Shown here in pieces: positions 59,147-64,000 of a DNA stretch of 64,000 nucleotides. Numbering within the stretch: position 1 is the first letter of the stretch; every line of letters starts with the position of its first letter. A program made the position numbers and the translations under genes. The notes beneath the pieces are model-generated. The model ran no database searches, was not told where the DNA came from, and saw only the letters and a program-made list of their open reading frames with translations. Source of the stretch: Eledone cirrhosa (Eukaryota); contig OZ024742.1 of assembly GCA_964016885.1 (NCBI GenBank), forward strand, positions 156,054,001 through 156,118,000, read 5' to 3'.

Positions 59147-59798
59147 TTAATTTAGCTTGGGTTTGAATTTATCAATAGAATTATTTTCTTTGATTTTTCT
59201 CTTGATTTCACTTGGGCTGTGTAATTTGTAGAATGGGAATATTATAAATATTCCCTGACCACATGTTGCCAGGTGGCCGCTTAGCGATATCTGACGGACA
59301 TGTGGGTCTATGATTTGTTGACGGTTTACCCGTGCACGTTCCGATAGTGCATTTCCAGTTTGACCGACATATAGTTCTTCACAATTCGGGCATTTGATGC
59401 AGTAAATTAGATTTCTGCTTTTGCAGTTTTTATTTGCATTTGTGAATATTTTTCCAGTTTTTGTTTTCATATATTGACCGGCGTGTATGGATTGACATGT
59501 GCCGCATCGATTATCATTGCATTTAGATACAGTGAATGATTGGTCTTTGTTGTTAAGGTCAAACTTTGCTTTTGTTAGCAATTGCTTGAAATGTTTTGGC
59601 TGTCTTTTACTAAGAGTCAAAGATCGATCTGTGATTAAGCCTTTTAATTCATTACTTTGAGCAATGATCGGTAGGTTTGCTTTGGCAGTGTTGAATATAT
59701 TGTGGTGACATGGGTAGTGTGTCATTATAAATGGTATGACCAGTTCTTGGTTTCTTCTTCCTTGGGTTGTTCTAAGTCGTTGTATGGGTATTTTTATA
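59147..59798 (-). pseudogene. Inverted copy of the PLE linker and GIY-YIG endonuclease, open to its stop
   Basis: ORF 59147-59725: CNDNRCGTC..NLIYCIKCPNCEELYVGQTG..SGHLATC..KIKE..KFKPKLN. Confidence 0.93.
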
Positions 59799-61780
59799 AT
59801 GGATACTGAATACTACAAGGATTTTGTTGAGGAACAACTGAAAGACACAACATTCTATCATGAAATACCGTCAAATATAGACCACAACATCATGAAGAAG
59901 ATCAACAACCTGGCTTCAAAATACCACAATTCATTTACTGATAAGGAAAGAGACTACATCACCAATTTTGAGCCGAAACCCAGCAACCTGTATGGCCTAC
60001 CGAAAGTTCACAAGTCAAAAGAAATACAACTGGCAGTAAGAGAACAAAACAGTGAGTACATTAAATTATTACACCCAAAAGACTTAAAACTTAGACCTAT
60101 TATAGCTGGTCCAACATGCCCCACTCAACGTCTAAGCAATTTTGTTGACATTATTTTGAAACCACTATCCAGCATAGTTACGTCCCTTTACGATCAGAGT
60201 TCAAATCCCGCCGAGGTTGACTTTGCCTTTCATCCTTACGGGGTCGATAAAATAAAGTACCAGTAATGCACTGGGTAATTGCTGGCCTTGTGCCTAAAGT
60301 AGAAACAATTATTTTGAAACCACTATGTATTCACATCCCCAGTTTCATCCGGGATGATATCGACTTCCTGTCCCATCTTCCCAAAACCACAGAAACGAAT
60401 TCACTTCTACTCAGGTTTGATGTGGTAAGCCTTTACACCAACATTACACATGATTTAGGAATAAAGGCGGTTAAATACTGAGTGGAAAAACATAGAGAAG
60501 TGATTCCCATTAGATTCACAGCGCCATTTATATTAGACGCAGTTAAACTTATTCTGGAAAACAACACTTTCTTCTTCAATGGAAAGAATTACATCCAAAA
60601 TAGAGGCACAGCGATGGGAACGAAGTTTGCTCCCGTTTACGCGAACTCTGTAATGGGATACTTAGAACAACAACTCTACAAAGAAATAGAGGAAAAATAT
60701 AGTACTGACTTTAGAAAGTACATTGAAAAATCTTGGAAGAGATACCTTGACGACTGTTTCATCATCTGGACAGAATCTCTAGATACTCTGGATGAGTTCA
60801 ATATCCTCCTGAATAACCTACACCCATCTCTCCAATTCACAAAAGAGATGAGTAGGACCAAATTACCATTCCTAGATATAATGATAATCAAAAACGACAC
60901 CACCATTACCACGGATATATATTATAAACACACAGACACCCATCAATATCTGAATTTTAAGTCGTGCCATCCACCTCATACAAAACGCAACATCCCATAC
61001 CGCCTAGCCAGAAGAATTTGTACCATTGTAGAAGATACGAATACCAGGTACAAACGCCTAACAGAACTAAGAGAATTTTTGCTCAAACAAAAATACCCAT
61101 CTCTACTTATAGAAAATGGCATACAGCGGGCTATAAAAATACCCATACAACAACTTAGAACAACCCAAGGAAGAAGAAACCAAGAACTGGTCATACCATT
61201 TATAATGACACACAACCCATGTCACCAGAATATATTCAACACTGCCAAAGCAAACCTACCGATCATTGCTCAAAGTAATGAATTAAAAGGCTTAATCACA
61301 GATCGATCTTTGACTCTTAGTAAAAGACAGCCAAAAAATTTGAAGCAATTGCTAACAAAAGCAAAGTTTGACCTTAACAACAAAGACCAAACATTCACTG
61401 TATCTAAATGAAATGATAATCGATGCGGCACATGTCAATCCATACACGCCGGTCAATATATGAAAACAAAAACTGGAAAAATATTCCCAAATGCAAATAT
61501 GAACTGCAAAAGCAGAAATCTAATTTACTGCATCAAATGCCCGAATTGTGAAGAACTATATGTCGGTCAAACTGGAAATGCACTATCGGAACGTGCACGG
61601 GTACACCGTCAACAAATCAGAGACCCAAATGTCCGTCAGATACCCCTAAGCGGCCACCTGGCAACATGTGGTCAGGGAATATTTATAATATTCCCATTCT
61701 ACAAATTACACAGCCCAAGTGAAATCAAGAGAAAAGTCAAAGAAAAGATGTTATTGATAAATTCAAACCCAAGCTAAATG
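59799..61780 (+). pseudogene. PLE RT plus GIY-YIG polyprotein, disrupted by a SINE, two TGA stops and a terminal frameshift
   Basis: LYGLPKVHK, LRPII, FDVVSLYTNI, GTAMGTKFAPVYAN, WKRYLDD, LPFLD, SCHPPH and LIYCIKC..YVGQT. Confidence 0.96.
60169..60307 (+). mobile_element. 5'-truncated SINE family A inserted in the PLE RT, 19-bp TSD
   Basis: ATTATTTTGAAACCACTAT at 60150-60168 and 60308-60326. Confidence 0.95.
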
Positions 61781-61944
61781 AACAATAATAACGCCTAGGG
61801 GTATTACTTCTACTACCACTATGACCACGACCACTAACAACAACAATAATAATAATAATAATAAAAGTGATGTTGATGGTGATGATTAATAGAAAATGCT
61901 ATTTTCATCATTTCAAAAAGCAAAACAATTGATACGTTGGTTAT

Positions 61945-62095
61945 GACTATTGGTCGTTAGCATGATCAACCAGCCGTGACGCTTAAACCAATCAGCTGTA
62001 GTAATTCAGTGAAACTACACACTGATTGGTCGAAATACAGTTTACAGGGCTTTGCATTCTGGAGCCACTTTTCTCTGTATAAAATGTATAAAAGG
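61945..62095 (+). promoter_or_regulatory. Putative pLTR internal promoter (CCAAT boxes plus TATA-like element)
   Basis: ATTGG, CCAATCAG and GATTGG, followed by CTGGAGCCACTTTT..GTATAAAA, upstream of the HHR. Function is inferred only. Confidence 0.35.
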
Positions 62096-62156
62096 TAGTA
62101 AATTTACCCATCTCATTACAGTTGAAAATTGCAAACTCGACTGTCACCACATATCA

Positions 62157-62195
62157 TGAACCTGAAGATTGCGAAAGCATGAAAGTACTTGTTCA
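62157..62195 (+). ncRNA. Minimal type I hammerhead motif in the PLE 3' UTR/pLTR
   Basis: TGAAC-CTGAAGA-TTGC GAAA GCAT-GAAA-GTAC-TT-GTTCA. Stem III is the palindrome AAGTACTT. Confidence 0.72.
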
Positions 62196-62349
62196 ATTAA
62201 CACTTAGAAATTAATATTCTATCATACTATTTCATTATAATACCATATTATATATATTTTAAAGGATTGTAAATAAAACGAGTAAATCAGACAAAGTTGT
62301 AATTCCTCTTATTAATATAATCTTCTATACACAATCATACACACCCGTG

Positions 62350-62402
62350 TATATTTACCTATCTATATCTATACATATATATATATATACATATACACAC
62401 AC

Positions 62403-62443
<41 letters not shown>

Positions 62444-62498
62444 AACATATATATACATACATATACATACATACATACATTCATATACATACACACAT

Positions 62499-62569
<71 letters not shown>

Positions 62570-62646
62570 CCTATATATATATATACATACTTACACATAA
62601 ACATATATATATACATAGATACGTACATATATATATATATATATAT

Positions 62647-62677
<31 letters not shown>

Positions 62678-62710
62678 CATACATACATACATATATACAT
62701 TTATATATAT

Positions 62711-62750
<40 letters not shown>

Positions 62751-62963
62751 TCACATATATATATATATATACATACATACATACTTATATATGTACACAT
62801 GTACATATATATATATACATAATATACATACATATACATATACATATACATACATATATATACACATATATATACATACATATATATATACGTACATATA
62901 CACATATATATATACATATACATACATATACATATACGTATACATAGAAACATATATATATAT

Positions 62964-62994
<31 letters not shown>

Positions 62995-63160
62995 CATATA
63001 TATGTATAAACACACCTGTAAGTGAACAGTATAAGCTCGTGCACCCACGCACCCATGTCCATACACACACCCCACCCACCCACGCATATATATATATATA
63101 TATACACATACATACGTATCTACACGCACACACACGCACATATACCCACACGTATGTCCA
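62350..63160. repeat. Interrupted (TA/CA)n
   Basis: Seen directly. Confidence 0.97.
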
Positions 63161-63328
63161 CATTTAAACAAAACTCGTGAACCTAAACACAATATGATAA
63201 TAAAATAAAACACGTAAATAAATTTACAATATTTTAGGGTACATTAAATCTGTATGTAACTGTATAAATAGGTACAGGAAACGAAGGGGTAAAATAAAGG
63301 AACGGGTAAAATAAAATAAAAAAAATAA

Positions 63329-64000
63329 AAAATAATAATTTTAGATAGTATTAATTTAGATAGTATTAACGCCACGGCAAACAATATAGTGACGGGGCTA
63401 GAACTAGAAGATAGGACCGAGGTATATGTACCTAGAGGTTCACGTATATCTATTAAGGACCACAAATTATACTTTAAAACTAAACTACCGGTTAGGTTAA
63501 TAGCACCCTTCAAATCCGACCTAGGAAAGACCAGTAAGAATATTATAGATAGGATAATACCGATACTTAGAAACAAAACTAAGCTTAGTCTCTGGACCTC
63601 CACCAAGGAGCTAATTGACTGGTTCTCAGCAATAGATGACAAACACCAAGTAAACTTTATCCAGCTAGACATAGATGGCTATTACGCGACGGTATCTCCG
63701 ATACTAGTCAATGAGGCTCTGATAAGCGCCATGGCCAGATCTAGCCTCACTGGGGTCGAGACCAATCTCATAGTAGCAGCCAGAAAGAGGCTAATTAGTT
63801 TCGAAGACAAGTTATGGGAGAGGAGGGACAGACCCGACAGTTTCGATATCACCATGGGGTCAAGTGACTCGGCACAGGTGACCGACCTGGTGGGGATATA
63901 TCTCATACATAGGCTGACGGAGGAGATCCCGGGGATCGGAGGTGGAATATACAGAGACGACGCACTTTTCACCTTCCGTTCCCTTAAGCCCAGTCAGATG
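63329..64000 (+). CDS. PLE (Hydra-clade-like) reverse transcriptase, open frame without ATG start, running off the window
   Basis: ISIKDHKLYFKTKLPVRLIAPFKSDLGKTSK..LWTST..IDWF..FIQLDIDGYY..FDITMGSSDSAQVTDLVGIY..GIYRDDAL. No stop in 672 bp. Confidence 0.9.

Larger units (their letters stand above)
58604..62319 (+). mobile_element. Neptune-like Penelope-like element, 5'-truncated, with ~1.19-kb inverted terminal arms
   Basis: 58604-59798 is the reverse complement of 61132-62319. RT, a C-x4-C-x2-C linker and GIY-YIG are present. Embedded in TA/CA microsatellite. Confidence 0.95.

Noticed and set aside
61409-61411. In-frame TGA at a conserved Cys, suggesting selenocysteine recoding as reported for some Naiad PLEs
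   Set aside because: The inverted arm has TGC at this codon, the other TGA (60479) replaces a probable Trp, the endonuclease is C-terminal, and no SECIS was recognised. A simple nonsense mutation is more likely.
58604-62319. DNA transposon with long TIRs
   Set aside because: The arms are the element's own coding 3' end, and there is no transposase or TSD.
63244-63972. Two - strand ORFs (142 and 96 aa)
   Set aside because: Antisense shadows of the + strand RT frame.

Overview
AT-rich eukaryotic DNA with no convincing host protein-coding gene. The very long (TA)n/(CA)n/(GA)n tracts and the SINE and LINE families suggest an animal, probably octopus or another cephalopod (inference). The window is a graveyard of retroelements dominated by Penelope-like elements (PLEs: RT plus GIY-YIG endonuclease) of several clades, most abutting (TA)n. 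The best preserved is a Neptune-like element (58604-62319) with ~1.19-kb inverted arms and a SINE in its RT carrying a 19-bp TSD. A Hydra-like foldback lies at 331-2286, and an open Hydra-like RT frame that the ORF track missed runs off the window end. About ten minimal or variant hammerhead-ribozyme (HHR) motifs can be folded by eye, and there are non-coding tandem or foldback units that may be retrozyme-like. Also present are remnants of RTE, R4/Dong-like, CRE-like and Tx1/L1-like LINEs, a mariner, and many tRNA-derived SINEs. Most ORF-track entries are microsatellite artefacts. All family assignments come from motif recognition by eye, not database searches.
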